34,261 nucleotides of DNA from Paraspadella gotoi (Eukaryota; Animalia; Chaetognatha): the NCBI GenBank assembly GCA_051294375.1, contig JBJCIZ010001084.1:1-34261 (forward strand), in the 5' to 3' direction. The stretch's first letter is position 1. Each line of letters starts with the position of its first letter. The notes under the pieces are model-generated. The model saw only the letters and a list, made by a program, of their open reading frames with translations, was not told the origin of the DNA and ran no database searches. The translations under genes and the position numbers were made by a program. Below, in pieces: positions 33,451-34,261 of this stretch.

Positions 33451-34261
33451 GTAAGTCTAAAAACTAACAATACTAGTTAATACTTGAATCGGGATGCGTA
33501 ATAACTATCCCTTACGCGGGAAAAGGAGCCGCTAACACAAAACCCCGCTTATCTTCCCCTAAAACCCAGAAATTCCTCCCTTTTTGCCTTTTTTTTTTTT
33601 TCTCGTGAAACGTCAAAGAAAAAAAAGAAAGACGATGATCGTGCTAACTGTCTTTTTTCTTCTTTTCCACAATCCTAAAACACTCTAACACGTCACAATG
33701 GAAGATAACAGTAGTTAACCAGTTAACACTATTATTCAATACTCCTCCCCGAATTAAAAACAAAAAAAAAGAAAAAGCCTTCACTCACTCTGTCTAACAA
33801 GAAAACCATTTTTTTCGAGATTTTATATATATAATCATTTTATTTCTTACTAAACAAAAGCTTGTTCCGTCTTATCTCTCTCTCTCGCTCATTCAACCCA
33901 AAGCACCATCATTTTACGAAAGCTAAGAAAAGACTTTTTAAATCCGAAAGAAATAGATAAAGACATTCACTCGAAAAGTCTCTCGTGTTTATATAATTGT
34001 ACATAATAACTTTTGTATCACTGCCGCTTACCATAACTAACAACAGTAGCGATTATTTCTTCATCGCATTATTTTTTTTCCGCCACGATTATCGTCATGG
34101 ATTAATTGCGACCAATGAATGCCATCTGACAAGAAAACAGATTTTGACAGGACCCACGAAAAGAAATAGGAATCCACCCTCTTCTATTATAAACTTCTCA
34201 CGCATTAATCTAATCATAAATTAAAATATTATATTTTTTTGGTCACACACAAAAAAAAAAA

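Overview
Eukaryotic (metazoan, probably invertebrate) genomic DNA with spliceosomal introns, abundant microsatellites, CpG-rich tracts and two N gaps; none of the listed six-frame ORFs is a complete gene. The main content is a minus-strand multi-exon gene for a plexin domain-containing protein (PLXDC1/2, TEM7 family). I traced it exon by exon from about 24110 (possibly 28027) down to about 4750, with the motifs [50 protein letters not shown], a PSI domain, DGLDRHRQDW and TM + WAYCHPNSTAG.WLIEHRP. A convergent, unidentified spliced plus-strand gene occupies about 1-1470+, and weaker plus-strand exon candidates lie at about 30240-33450. Exons carry many single-base, often homopolymer, indels, which points to uncorrected long-read sequence. 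An approximately 2.8 kb intragenic duplication (10160-13032 vs 18620-21320) flanks a degenerate ~690 bp tandem array and is more likely an assembly or haplotype artefact than biology. The best biological curiosity is an inverted repeat pair in the introns flanking one PLXDC exon. I see no evidence of a novel prokaryote-type system. Homologue sequences were recalled from memory, not searched.
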